64,000 nt of DNA, taken from assembly GCA_964270895.1 (NCBI GenBank), contig OZ185436.1; one strand, written 5' to 3'. The translations under genes and the position numbers were made by a program. The notes beneath the pieces are model-generated. The model saw only the letters and a program-made list of their open reading frames with translations. It did not search any database and had not been told where the DNA came from. The stretch comes from Podarcis filfolensis (taxonomy: Eukaryota). Of the stretch, positions 49,701-62,844 are shown in pieces; position 1 is the stretch's first letter; each line of letters opens with the position of its first letter.

Positions 49701-52010
49701 GGGATGAAGGACTTCAGTCAGCACAGCCTCAGCTAAGCTGAGACTCAGACAGACATTTGTCCATTATAAACAAGGGTAAGAAAAGCCTTTCGATCAGGCC
49801 AGTGGCATCCTATTCTCACAGCAGCCACCCAAGCCACCTGTGGGAAACTCTCAAGCAAGACCCAAACACAAGAACACGCCCCACCTCCACCCTACAGCCT
49901 CCTGGAACTAGTATGCCCCCAAGAAGAGAGAGAGAATATAGTCATCATGGCCAGAAGCTGTGTACTCTGTTAACAGTAGCCAATAACCCAGCTGATCCTG
50001 ACAAATCTTGGGTTTGGATTGCTCCCTAAGAATCCCAAGCTAAACAAAGGGCTCGTGAGGTTTTATTGGCCAGACAAATCTAAACTGAAGCAGGGTTTTG
50101 CACCTCAGTCACAAAATGGTACTCGGGGTCATGATTAAATTGTTTGTTTGGATTGTGAGCTGCATAGACAAGCGGTTTTAATTTCCACTTTTAATTGACT
50201 ATTATATCTCAGATGCTCTATAAACAACAACAATGACAGCAGCACCTTTAGAGCTTTGGGGCCTATATTTTGAATCAATTAGGGCCACTTTTGTTTCTTT
50301 CCATTCTGCCATCATTAAACAGGTTTCATAGCATTGGAAATTGCCCTCCACGGATCCAGAACGTTGCAAATTAATGATGATTCTTCATCCTCGCACCAAC
50401 CCAAGGACAGGTTAATGTAATTTGGCACTGTTCCAAACATGAGTGGTTTCTTTGGAGCAGCGCTGTAGAAATAGTCCAAACTCCCAAAGCTTCATGGGAT
50501 TTTTTGGGAAAGCGGAGGATATGATGCCATCTAGTGGGAATGAGTGTTAACAAATAAAGGGAAAGATGCATCATGTACAAAATTATGATGCATCAATAAG
50601 CTTCCATGGGCATTCCATACTGAGCATTATGGGACAAACAGATAAAAAGAAGTAACAGTTAAAAGGTTCAAATTATGTATCTTTCATGAAAAAGAACTTA
50701 AGCTAGCAGGTTCTCCTCTCAAAATACCATTCCTGTTCATTACGGGTTCAAGATCTTCAGAAGCTAACTATTCCTACAACTGTGAGGAGAGGGCCACTTA
50801 AGGAAGAAGCAGTAGACTGGTAACTTCTGTAGGTGCTGTGGGATGTTTGCTCCTTAAAAGTCCTGCAGTGGACTCTGCCTCCGTGGAGCTGGGTGTTTAT
50901 TTGTTTTTTGCAGAAGGAATTACTGCACACTGGTAGTTACAACGTGCTCTGGTTTGCAAAAGCTTTTTTGACCCACTAACCTCAATTACACAGTTGGGAC
51001 ACAGACACAGAGTATCCTGTCATACTGCAACTGCTTTGTTCGGTCTACTTACTTCCCAGCACAGTTTTGGCTTCCTCTGCCATTGAGGGGATTCCTGAAT
51101 TGCTCTAGAGTCCCTCACAAAATCATTCTATCTGCTTTATGGCTCTAAACTATATGTGGAGTCTAGAAAACTGCTTCTTGGGCACCTGATCCTATACATG
51201 TTTCTTTCTTCACATTCTCCTGTCTTCCGTTTTGCTGCTCATTAATTTGCATCTCATTCCAATGCCTGTTCAGAATTGCCCCCATCAATTTTCATTTGTC
51301 TACCAAATGCAAAGAGCACATCTCCATGGTATCATTCAGGTTCCATGTATCACATTGCAACTGAGAACATAAGAAGAGTCCAACCTTTTTCTCCAAGGCT
51401 CACTTGCATAAAAAGTAAGGCTGTGGAGACTGTAGTCATCTGACAACTGCCCCATTCAACAATATGGGTGAGCATGTAGACTGACTCAATGGGAATTATA
51501 GGGGTTGCATGCACTGAAACAAAGTTTGTCAACAGATGAAAGGATTTCTAAGCACCTGCTGTTTCTAAGCGTCTTCATTGATAAATTTTAATAAAATCCC
51601 AGGTTTTTGCAGAAGCTTCTTGTAGAAAGTGTAGAACAATCAACAGTTGTGCAAACAAAAGTTACCACCCAGTGTTGAAAGCAGTCCCCTCCCCGCTAGA
51701 AAAACAGATGCTGATACTCACCATAAAGTTGTTACAGTAAGTACCACAACAACAAAAAAGAGGTGCAGGTACTGCATACCCTTCAGTACCCCATAAAAAG
51801 CACTGGTTGAAAGAAAAGTAGATTCAGTACTGATTTTTGTTCCATGTTATAATGGACCTAACCAAGACCGAAACAGCCTCAGAAAATACACAAGTGCGCC
51901 CTTAATTCACAGTCTCTGACTAAAGCTTGAGCCCCAGTTGAAACAGTGCATTTAGAGCGTCATCTTAAACATGTCACCTCAATGACTTCAATGGGACTTA
52001 CTGCCTAGTG

Positions 52011-52498
52011 CAGGGGTCTGCAACCTGCGGCTCCGGAGCCGCATGTGGCTCTTTTACACCTTTGCTGCGGCTCCGGGGCGGATACTAGCGAGGGGAGGAG
52101 GCGCATTGTGCGCCCCGACACTCCCCACTGTGGCGGGCGCTGTACAGGCTGTGACGTCGCATGGGGCTGTGACGTCACACACCGTCCCGACGTCACCTTC
52201 CCGCCCGCCCGCTACATTGTAAGGGGCATGTACGCTGGTCACTGCATTGAAAGGGGGCATGTACGCTGGTCACTGTTTTGAAGGGGAGTGAAGAACACAC
52301 ACACACAAAAAGGTAACTTGTTAATTTAATGTTTATTTCTATGAGGAGGAGTAATTCTGAGGGGTCAAACAAAGAAATAATTTTTAAAAAGTGACAAAAA
52401 AGTTATTTTTATAATGACGAGTTTTGCGGCTCCCAGTTTTTTTTCCTTCGGAAATGGGTCCAAGTGGCTCTTTTTGTCTTAAAGGTTGCAGACCCCTG
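52011..52498. mobile_element. Non-autonomous hAT DNA transposon (MITE), 488 bp
   Basis: Perfect 16-bp TIRs CAGGGGTCTGCAACCT and a perfect 8-bp TSD gcctagtg (52003-52010 / 52499-52506). CpG-rich interior with no transposase ORF. Confidence 0.93.
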
Positions 52499-53856
52499 GC
52501 CTAGTGTGTCTATGTAGGGTTGCAGCTCCAACTGCCTAAAGAAGAGGCATATGTCCTTGAAGCAGGAAATCTTTTAAGCTTAAGGCTACAGCGAACATTT
52601 CCATTATCCAACAAACGGCAAGTGATACTGTGAAGTTAGCAGCATCCCACAACTTAACCACTGGCCATTTTGCAAGCACAACTCTGTGGCCACTTGGTGA
52701 AAGAATTCTGAAGTCAAAGGAAACAGCCCATCTAGGGCAGGATACTTTGGACATAGTCCTACGGTAGCTTCCAGCTTCCCTGCCTCTGTAGCCTGTGGAG
52801 CTGCCACCACTGCCACCACCACCTCCCCCTCCCCATGTGCCTCTCTTACATTTATATTCCTATGGCCTGGAAAAGAACCCTTATCTTCAGCTTTAGAAGC
52901 TGAGAGCACTTCAGTGCTCTGGTGGGGAGTATGAACAAAACAGGAATCCACAGGGGCGAGATAAGCCAGGAGAAGTCTAAGCAAGAAAACACGCAGAGGG
53001 AAGGAAGTAAAATGGGAGAGGGAGGGGATGCGGAAAGCTTTGAAAGCTGACTTGGAAGAAAGAATGAGGACACAAGAGGAAGGTAAGAGCACTGGGGGAA
53101 TAATACGAGTATTTTACATAAGCAATATAAGCAATTTTCGGTTCTGTCGTATTGGGTGCTACAAAGACTCTGTGAAGGGGCGAGGGAGCAGTGCGTTGCC
53201 TGAAGCAACATATCTATATACAAGCCAAGCCAGAGAAGGAAAAAATTCAGAGAGGAAAGGGGCAAGTACTTTTACAAGCATATGTTAAACACGACAGCTG
53301 TACTGGAAAGGAAAATTACATACATGATGCATACTGATGGAAAAAGCATCTGCATAGATGGCTCTGCTGTAGAGGGTTTTAAGGATCTCCAGCGCTTCTT
53401 TTAAGACTATTTTTCCGTAGCGTTTCATTATACCTTACATGTGGCACTGTAGGACCATTTTGGATACTGCCTTGGGATATTTTTAGGTACTTATGAAACA
53501 ATAAGTATCATTGTATTTTCTTCTATTAATTTTCATAGATGGAGGATGAAAGGTCTGATGAAGCCTTAATTAGTGCCAGGAACTAGCAGCAGGAACTAGT
53601 AGCATAATTAGCATGCATTTCATTCCCCCTCTCCCCCCCCCCCAGGATGTCCAAGATGCTGTCCCAGTTGATGTGAGAATATAGATAGTTCTCCTTATCT
53701 TTGCTGGGGATTTGTCCATGTCTCTAAAAAGCAGGGCAAAATTATGCCAAATATGCTACAGAGTATGGTCCCAGCCAATCTGGAACACCATGTGCATACT
53801 GAGAACATCACCGCTGAGTATAAACATAAAAGTCGTGTAACACATCTTTTATTTTA

Positions 53857-54029
53857 CAGTCATACGCTGCGGGTTGTGCGTTTTCAGGTTACGGACGCGC
53901 CAAACCCAGAAGTACCAGAATGGATTACTTCTGGGTTTCGGCGCTCGCGCATGCACATAAGCAGTAAAACGCTGCGGGTTGCGAACATGCCTCCCGCACG
54001 GATCACGTACACAACCCGAGGTTCCACTG
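53857..54029. mobile_element. Tc1/mariner-type MITE, 173 bp, left TIR degenerate
   Basis: The right end reverse-complements to CAGTGGAACCTCGGGTTG and the left end reads CAGTCATACGCTGCGGGTTG. TA on both sides, CpG-rich. It abuts a minus-strand L2-like tail (about 54030-54110). Confidence 0.75.
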
Positions 54030-55540
54030 TATTTTAATTATTTTTATATTTTATTGATTAAATTTGTATACTGCCCTTCACCCAAAGATCACAAGATGGT
54101 TTACACTTTACAACATATACACTTCACAACACTTTACAAACTTTACAACTTTACAAAATATAAAGCATACTAACAAACAGAAACAATAGCCCCATGGAGA
54201 TTTATTATTCTTATACGGTCACTAAGCACATTCTATAAAAAAGGGATATCATATGTTGCATCATTCTGATATTGAACTACAGTTGCCATCATCCCTTGCT
54301 ACTGACCATGCTGATGGGAACTGAAGTCCAACAGCACTGCAAATATTGGAGCAGATTGCCCTCAGGGCCCTTCGAACTCTACAATTCAATGTTTCTATGA
54401 TTTTGGAGGGCACCATGTTGCTTGCCTCTGCTATAGAGTAACATAACCAAAGCAGTAACAGATCAAAACACAAGCTTCTGTCCCTCTTTTCTTGCCCAAT
54501 CCTTTACTCCCTCCTCCAAATCCAACACTGTTAGGGCCGAACACTGCTATGCCAGGTATGCTGGGAAATATAGGTTTTTTCCCCTGAAGTACTAGTGTAG
54601 TTTTTCTAGAGTGACTTGGCCAATGGGAGCAGCCATCTCCCCCCGCCACATGCAAGAACATTTATGGGAATACAACACTACATTGTGACATGGGATCATT
54701 CCCATGAGACATTTGTCCCAAATTTCAAAGGGAGTGCCACTAAAGTAGTCAATCCTTTCCTTAAAACAGTGACAAAGCCTACTTACTTGTTCGAAAAAGG
54801 AAAAAGGAAAAGCTTGAACCTCTGGTGTTTAGAGGTAAGCCCACCCCACCCCTGAACGCTTTTGGATTTCGCACACACATCCTACACTTGGGGGGGGGGG
54901 TTGATATTAACTCAATTAAAAATGGAATCTAAATTCTATCCTGCTTAAACATTTACAAGTAACGCATTTCAGACTAGAAGATATTCTTTGTGTTGCTTGT
55001 GACCTTTGCCCAGATAGCCATGAAAAATCAGCATAAAAATCTTATATAAGAAGTATGTAAATCATATGTATGGCTCTAAGATGCCAGTTCATACTAATTT
55101 TATGCTCTGATTAAAAAACAACAACAATATCAGCATTATCTCATCCAGGCAGAGAGGGTTATTTGTTTTTTGTTTTTGGTAGTGGGAGACTTCAGCAATT
55201 GTTATCACAGGACTGGTTTTAAATCATCTTGTTTAGTTGTAAGTTTGTGGGTTTGTCAGCTGAGCTGCATCACTACAAAATCCAAGGGACAGAAAATGAA
55301 TATAGGCAAGGAGCTTTTCTACTACTCTTTAAAAGTGGTGGAAAACCTAATGGTAACAAAGACATCTTGGGGCAGGGATAGCAAGTTATGTGAACAGTTA
55401 AGAAGTCATTATTCACTTGCCAGGAAACCTTGCAAAGCATACCATGTCTGCCTCTATTTCAAAAGCATTTTTCTTATAAAAATAAATAAATAAATGCACC
55501 AATGTAGCAGGTTTGAGCAGAGACTCAAGAATGTCTTGAG

Positions 55541-55787
55541 TGGAGATGGGAAGGCCTGGGGAAAAACTGGAAAAATTGGGAGGGGGGGACCCAAGTTTTT
55601 TCCTGTTTTTTTTCCAAAGCCATTTTTCCCGAAAAAAATGAGGGGGGCTGTGTGTGGAATATTCAAACTACTGTATATCAAACTGGTTTTTTCAATTTTT
55701 CTGGAAAAAACCGACTTTCAGGGGAAAGGGGGGGAGCGGGTTTCCCCCTAATTTTTCTGTCCCCCCGCCCAGGCCTTCCCATCTCTA
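55541..55787. mobile_element. Non-autonomous hAT-type MITE, 247 bp, with T(A/G)GAGATG termini
   Basis: 20-bp TIRs TGGAGATGGGAAGGCCTGGG / TAGAGATGGGAAGGCCTGGG (1 mismatch) and a perfect 8-bp TSD gtcttgag (55533-55540 / 55788-55795). Confidence 0.9.
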
Positions 55788-58574
55788 GTCTTGAGTAGCC
55801 CCTTCACCAACTCCTGTTGCTGCCACACAGGCTCCAGTCCCCAGTGATGTACGAATTTGACATTCCTAATAAAAACTTAGTAAGAAAAATCTATTTCATT
55901 CAAATGCAGCATCTTCATCCCCACTTCCCCATCTCTAAATTTAGAAACAGTAAGCTACTCTTCTCTTTGGCTACTTTTCCCTGATGTGGTTGCTGGAAAT
56001 ACGGATATCCCTATATCCCAAACCACCCCCAGTGGCTATTCTTCCACTTTCTTGCTTGTTGAATACCACACACACACACACCCCAATCCCCATATTTATT
56101 TCTGTACCAATACAGGCATGGCCAAATGGGCAGCCTACAGGTCGCACCCATCTCTGAACCTCCCAGAGCCAGATGAAAAGTGGCGCATGAGGAACTTCAT
56201 GGGCTGCTTTCTGCTTGGAAGCACCACTCCCTGAGCAATTTCTCTTGGAAAGTTGTTGTTTCCAATTCTGGTAGTGCCCCTCCTAAGGGAAAATGGGACT
56301 CCGCTGTATCCTCTTTCATTTTGCACTGTGCTCAGGTTGCACCCAAGCCCCTCACCATGTGTATCATAGTTTTGGCTTGGGTGGGGACATTCTGAGCCTC
56401 CTTCCCAATAAGTACTGGACACAACAACATAATTGGGCTACCACATAGGGCTGGTCTGACCTGCACCTTCTTTTTCATGCAGCTGGCACGAGAAGACAAC
56501 AGCTTACCCCAAAAAGGCAATTGAGGCACACAAGGGAACCCTATAAGGGACAGTGTATACATGTGGTTTTTAAAAATACCACCAGCACAGTATTTAAATA
56601 GAACATTTCCAATGTCTCTGCATTTTTCTGGCTATTTGCCAAAAGCACACATTTGAAGTGCCTAAAGGAAACAAAATATGGCTTAACTCCTCCAAAGTAT
56701 CTGCACGTGAAGTGCTAGAGACTGGCCACCCTTAGAGACCCGATATTAGGCTCTGGCAGTTCCTCTGTTTCTATAAGCTCACATTAGATACAGCCCTGTA
56801 TTCATACTGATTAATTCTTCCTCCTACAAATCTAGTTATTTGAGCTCTGAGGATTTCTCTTTTCAGACGCACCTCTCCCAGGACATAGTGTATTTATAGT
56901 CTCTTCTTTCTTTTCTTCCTGGGACCCCAGCCTCCTCCGCAAAACATCTTTCTCATCTGCCTTCCTAGCTGGAGAGCACAGCTAGTCTTTAGCAAGGCTG
57001 ATAAAAGACATGAAGCTTAAAGTTCCTTTATCTACAAAGAGGACTCTGTTTCCTGGAGGACACTCTGAAGATGAAGCTTAAGCCTTTAACAAAGAGGATC
57101 ACTACACCTGTGCATTCAGATTCTGGACAAGATGTGATTGAACCAGAGCATCAGAACCCAACTGGATCCTCTTTAAGCTGCCTTCAGTAACCACAAAGTT
57201 ATCTCCATTGGAAGCACTTATAGGAGGACAAAACCATCATGATTTATTTCCCTGAAGATCAGGCTATATTCCCACCCACAAAACAGAATAGTTTGGTAAA
57301 GACAAGAGCAATTGTATGGTTGCTTAATATCTCTGCCATCCCAGCTGTATTATTGTCCTGCAAACTATAGACCAAACAGGGACCGAAGCAAACAAATCAT
57401 GTGATAGCATATGATCAACTTTCTACATGATATGGTGGGAGAGAGAAATCTAATCAAAGTGGGGGTTGCAGAAGATCCTGGCATCTCCGTAAGCACAAGC
57501 AAACTCTGCACACTTCTGTACAGATGCTAAAGAATGAAAATGTGTTTGAAAGAAACACAGGCATACATAGCAAATAGTCTTAGGACATGCTACAGTGCCA
57601 GAACTTAGTCTTACTTTTCTGACTAACAGCTGTCGTTTAACTGGCAACTTTTGTTTGTCATTTGCTTTAACAGTCTTCAATATTGTATTTTTAAATTGTG
57701 GTAACCCGTTCTGGAACCTCTTGTTGGAATGGTGGGCAAGAAATTGAAATCATCATCACCATCATCATTATCATAGCAGCAGCAGCATCAGAGAAACTTG
57801 GTTGCATCTAATCAAGCAGCATCTAATAGTTACGGCTTCATCACACAGGGCGGGGGGAATTCATAACAGGCTTTGCAAAAACATCTTGTGTGCCAAACCA
57901 TGCTTAAAATCAGACAGCTGGTTTCTCTTTTTCCAGGTTTTTAACACACAGCTAGATCATTTCCTACAAACTCCCTACATGTAGCAAAGGTCTGGCCTTG
58001 ACAAACGTCTTGTGGGGTAACCGTGTCACAACAGGCAACAAGCCTTTGGTGGGAACTGGATAATCTGTATTTAGAGGTGTGATAGGAGTCTAAGTCCTAC
58101 CACCATGACAATTCCTCTTACCGAAAGCACAATGCAAGACATGAGAGTTGTTCCACCTCCACCTCTCTTTTTTCAGCATATGGAAAAATTGACAAGCTCA
58201 ACACATAGCACCACACTGGGGGGTTTGTAACCAAAGTGTAACCCTGTCCTCGATTCATGAGGTACTTAGCAAGAAGGACTCAAAGCTGCCCCATTTCCCT
58301 TGACTAATAGCTAGAGCAGGTTTCCCCCCCTCCAAAAGTGACTTAGTTACTGTAAACCTCTCTTTCCTACATCAGTATTCTCCCCCTTTCAGAAGGTATG
58401 CTGGAAATCAGAATTGGATATATAATAACAAAACTCCATGGTGTTTTAACCCAGTTGGCCATATTTTAAAAGGTTTGGAAGTTAAAAATCTTAATTTTAT
58501 CCAGCAAGAGATGCTAACAGTAGCCTGATTCGAACATAATGCTAAAACACGTGCTTAGCATTTAACTATGGTAA

Positions 58575-58740
58575 GGGATGATGTGAATTGTAGCCCCAAA
58601 ACAGCTGGAGACCAAAGGTCGGGAAACACTGGCCTACAGCCACCCATCATCCCATTCTACTGGACATGTAAGCTGTGGCTGCTGGCAGTTGTAGTCCGCA
58701 ACTTCTGGAGGGCATCATATTGGCAACTCCTGTTCTATGA
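58575..58740. repeat. Two partial family A MITE units in tandem
   Basis: gggatgatgtgaattgtagccccaaaacagctggag and gcagttgtagtccgcaacttctggagggcatc are both family A right halves. Confidence 0.55.
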
Positions 58741-58988
58741 GATCTAATAGACTATTTTCTCCTCTACAACTCACTACAATATCTAAAACCAACAAAAGAA
58801 CACCCTTCTAATTGTTCCACTGTGCTACATCTGATACAGACTAGAATTCTCAGGCACTGACCCTATGTCCCAAGAGCTTTTAGAGGTCTGTTGGAATCAG
58901 TTTTGGGGAATCTTCCACAGAACCTGCTACATTCCTTTAAGTTGCTGGCAGTCCTGTGAAATATACAAGGAACCCATGTCTTCCAAAA

Positions 58989-59027
<39 letters not shown>

Positions 59028-59028
59028 G
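58989..59028. repeat. (TG)n(AG)n compound microsatellite
   Basis: Direct observation. Confidence 0.96.
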
Positions 59029-60409
59029 CGCAAGGCCACTTGATACACTGTGCAAGCAGCCAGTTTTTGAAAGTTATTTACCTTGCAAACACTTGGAGGC
59101 TTGGGAGGACTGATGAATACATACTAGGCCAGTTCTTCAGCTGGTGCCAACTAACAGTGCCAGCTTTGTCCAAATTAGACATTTGGATGGTTCTAATTTT
59201 TCTGATTCCCTTTAATCATTTGAACATCACTTATAAAACATTCAGTCTTGAGCAGAGAAGTGATTTGATAACGTTCATGCACCTGGCTGCCCAGATAATA
59301 AAAGTTAAACACAATGCCCAGTGATCAGAAAACTCCACAGAAAGAACATTAGCCTCATTGAGAGGCAAATTGCTCTTGATCTCGATCTCAAAAGCCTACT
59401 AAATGCAAAAGATACCCACTGAGTTGGCCTGCCCATAAACAATGTTTAAATGTAGTGTATCATCTTGCATACTGTCATGTTTCTTGGCAGAAAAAAGAAT
59501 TCTGACACGTGGGAACCACATTTTAAAATGCTTTAAAACTTCTTGACCCTTACATTTTATTTATGATTGATTTCAAATATTTTTAAAACTTCTATCCTGC
59601 CCAGGGTGGGTGCGGGGATTCAAAGCGGCTTACAGAAGTAGCATATACATTATTAAAAAACAAAACCCACACCAAAATCTATAAAATGTATTAAATAGAC
59701 TTAAAAATAACTAATTTACCAAACATCATTTAAAAAAAACAACCCACCAGCAACTAATAAATCAAAACAAAGAAACTAAAGTGAGCACACAGAGACAGAA
59801 ATATTCAACAAATGCAGGAGGCTGCTTTATACAGTCAGGCCACTGGTCCATACAGTTCAGTATTGCCTACACTTAACAGCAGCTTTCCAGGATGCCCCAC
59901 CACTATGCTATGGCAAATAAGTGATCAAACAAAAATGTTCATGTTAATTTATGTTTCCATTTACGTGCACGTTGGTGCTATTGCTTTCTTACATTATCCA
60001 TTTTGTCAGTACTTAATTGAAAACCTCAATAAACAAATATTCTAAAAAAGAAACGGAACAAACTAACCTGTCAGTAACCAACATGCCAGAAGTCATGGGG
60101 ACCCCAGGGGTTCTGTCAAAGACACTGAAAAGCTACCTTTTAGAAACTAAACCTCACAAATAATGGTTTTGCAGCAGCAGGCCAAAAAGGTGGCCGCTAA
60201 GTGCTAACGGGACCATCAGGAAAGTGGCCGTGTCAAAACATGTCCAAGAAACATGTAGCACTTGTAGGTCACAGAAAAAGACCAATCTGCAACTGCACCT
60301 TTTAATACCCACAGAGCCTACACAAATATAGATATATATACACACGCAGTCACATGGCTATTCATGAAAAGTAAGTCTTTTAATGGTTATCAACCACGGC
60401 AACTGTTAT

Positions 60410-60556
60410 GCCTGGGATTCTAGCTGCTGAGGACAAGCAACAGAAGAGTGCTGTTGCCTTGATGCTACGTTAGCAAACACTCAGACACATCTGAATGGCC
60501 GCTGTTTGAAGCACAACGATGGACTGGATGACCTTTGGTCCAGTTAACCACAGTTC
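60410..60556 (+). mobile_element. CR1-type 3' UTR / SINE tail remnant
   Basis: ggccgctgtttgaagcacaacgatggactggatgacctttggtcc...cttacgttc resembles the CR1 3' tail (ggactagatgg...tcttatgttc). Confidence 0.5.
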
Positions 60557-61329
60557 TGCTTACGTTCCCCACTCTGTATGTATAGCACTAGTTATTGCCT
60601 GACAGATAATGAATTGGTCGCTGAAAATGCGAGGCATAATATCACTTAGAATCTGATTTTCCTCCACAAGCCTCCTTTTAGAGATGAGGCCAGACCCTAC
60701 ATTCCTCAGCTTGGAAAACAGGCTAATACGTGTGCATAGTTTAGAAGCCTAGCCAAGATTAACATAGTTTAGGGGGGAGAGAAGTTAAGGCTAAAGAAAC
60801 AGAGCATCTTGTTTGGGTTTTTAGAAAATGTTACAAAAAGACACTACTGGCATTAGTAGGCAACTGTGCTTGGAAAGACACAGGAAGTGTTTTGCTTGAG
60901 CAATTCACTTAGCAACAGGCATGCGGAATTATTTGCAGGCAAGTGCAGTTCCAATCGGATTGCTAACTGGTTGCATCTAGTACATGGTGACTAATATTTC
61001 TTTTTTCCATGATTGGTCTTTGTGAAGACCTTTAAACCCCAAAGACAGCAAGGCAAGAAGGAAACAAAGCAAAAAACCCGATTATAAACAACCACTGTCA
61101 TCAATAGCTCTAAAATGATTTTATAAATATTAATACAACCATAATTTGCTTTTTAAAATAATTCATCTAAAATTAAAATTCAACCTGGCTATAAATCAGC
61201 CTCAGTTCCTGCTTAACTGCAGGTTATTCTGCTTTTTATGTTCTGCATACATTACATTTTTTTAAAAAAGTCTCATCGTGCTTGGCCTGCAATGTTCTAG
61301 TTTAAAGAGACAACTTTTGGTTTTTTTAA

Positions 61330-61880
61330 ACCACATTTACTTTTTTATTGGGTATTTGTGTCAAACTGTGGTATATACCAGGCATATGTATTGGCTCTGA
61401 GTGTACCTCGAATTGTGAGGTGATTTTTTCAGTTTCTAAAAAAAAAAAGGAGGTAAAATCACCTAGCTGCACAATAACCTTTATTTGTCTGAACTCTGGC
61501 AAGATTTTTTTTTTACCAAGGGAAACCTCTCTCATATGTCCCCCTGATTGTCCAGCACCAAAATTAGGGAAGGGAATGCAATTTCTATAGCCCCACCTCA
61601 AAACAGTCAGCCCTTGTAGGAGAACCACTGTGCCTATTTTTCTGAAATTTGGCACACATCATTCCCTCAGAAGGGGCAGCTATGACAACAAATTGAATCC
61701 AGTTCTGGCAGAAAATATAGAAGTTAGAGACTTTTCCATTTTTAAGAAAAAACTCTTTAAAGGTTCCCAGCAAGCAAACACAGAAAACACTGGCTGGATC
61801 TCCCTGAAATTTGGCAGGCTTAACCCACCCTAGAAAGGCTCCATTTTCCTGCAAATTTCACCAACTTATGTGAAAAGGAA
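61330..61880. repeat. Unclassified old interspersed repeat, probably DNA-transposon derived
   Basis: CTGAAATTTGGCA occurs twice (61642-61654, 61804-61816), an inverted gcaaatttca lies near 61852, and there is a 10-bp IR at 61418-61427 / 61455-61464. Confidence 0.4.
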
Positions 61881-62844
61881 AGGAAAGATTATGACTTCTT
61901 TTTAGATCCTGCATTTTAGCCAATGTGGGTGAAAGAGAGCTTCAGATTTAACAGGTCAGACGTGAACCTGAACACCAAATTGAACTGGAACCCTGCCTGT
62001 GCCAAAACTTATCCAACTGTCAAGATCGAACAAACGTGAAAGACTGTGTAAGAAATCTTTCGAAGAAAACCAAGGTAAGAAAACCTTGGTAAGGCAGAAA
62101 ATCTAGCTCAAGAGAATCCTCGCCTCCTCTCTTCCCCCCATCCCCCAGGTGCCACAATCTGCTCTCTGAAGGAACGGCAGGTGGGAATAATTTCCCAGCA
62201 GCAGACTTGGCATCTCCTCCATGTCAGAAAGGGCCTTGATGGGACTTTCCTTTGTGCATATTACAGACTCTGTTGCCCAGATCAGAGTCCTGACTGCTCC
62301 AACCTGCTGTCCAACTTTTATACCCTAGACTAGAGCATGCTCCTGGATAAGAGCATCTTCCCAGCAGACTAGTCTAGGCAGGCCCCCGCAGGCTCTCTTC
62401 CTCCCCCCCCCCCCCCCGCCTTTCCTGACAGACATTTCACCAGCAGGCCTCAATATTGAAATAGCAGGTTTCACTTCTGGTATCTTGGCACCTTTTGGGA
62501 TTCTTCCGTCTCTTGGCTGCTCCTTCCTTTTTAAAGTTTAAAGAATTCATCTTGTGTGAAGAGCTGCCTTTGAAGCCATTTTATGCAGAATAGCTTCAGG
62601 CTACCCCTTCTAATTGTTTGATTATTATTTTCTCCTGCCCATTAATCTTCCCAACCTATCGCACTGTAACTGTATGACTAGAATTATAGGTTACTCAGTA
62701 ATCTGAACTTCAACATTAAATTCCAATGTAATGCTAAATCATAACAAGCCTCAGCAAACCCCGGACTCCTGCACTACCCCCCTTCTCTAGGGCCTGGAAG
62801 CTTTTGCTTCAATTTTTTTACAACTAACTGCTGCTTGTGTCACC

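Noticed and set aside
52536-52754. ORF containing VVKLW, superficially like the PLXNA1 exon motif VVKLYLKSKETG
   Set aside because: The surrounding residues do not match, there is no FYNCS motif, and there are no suitable splice sites.
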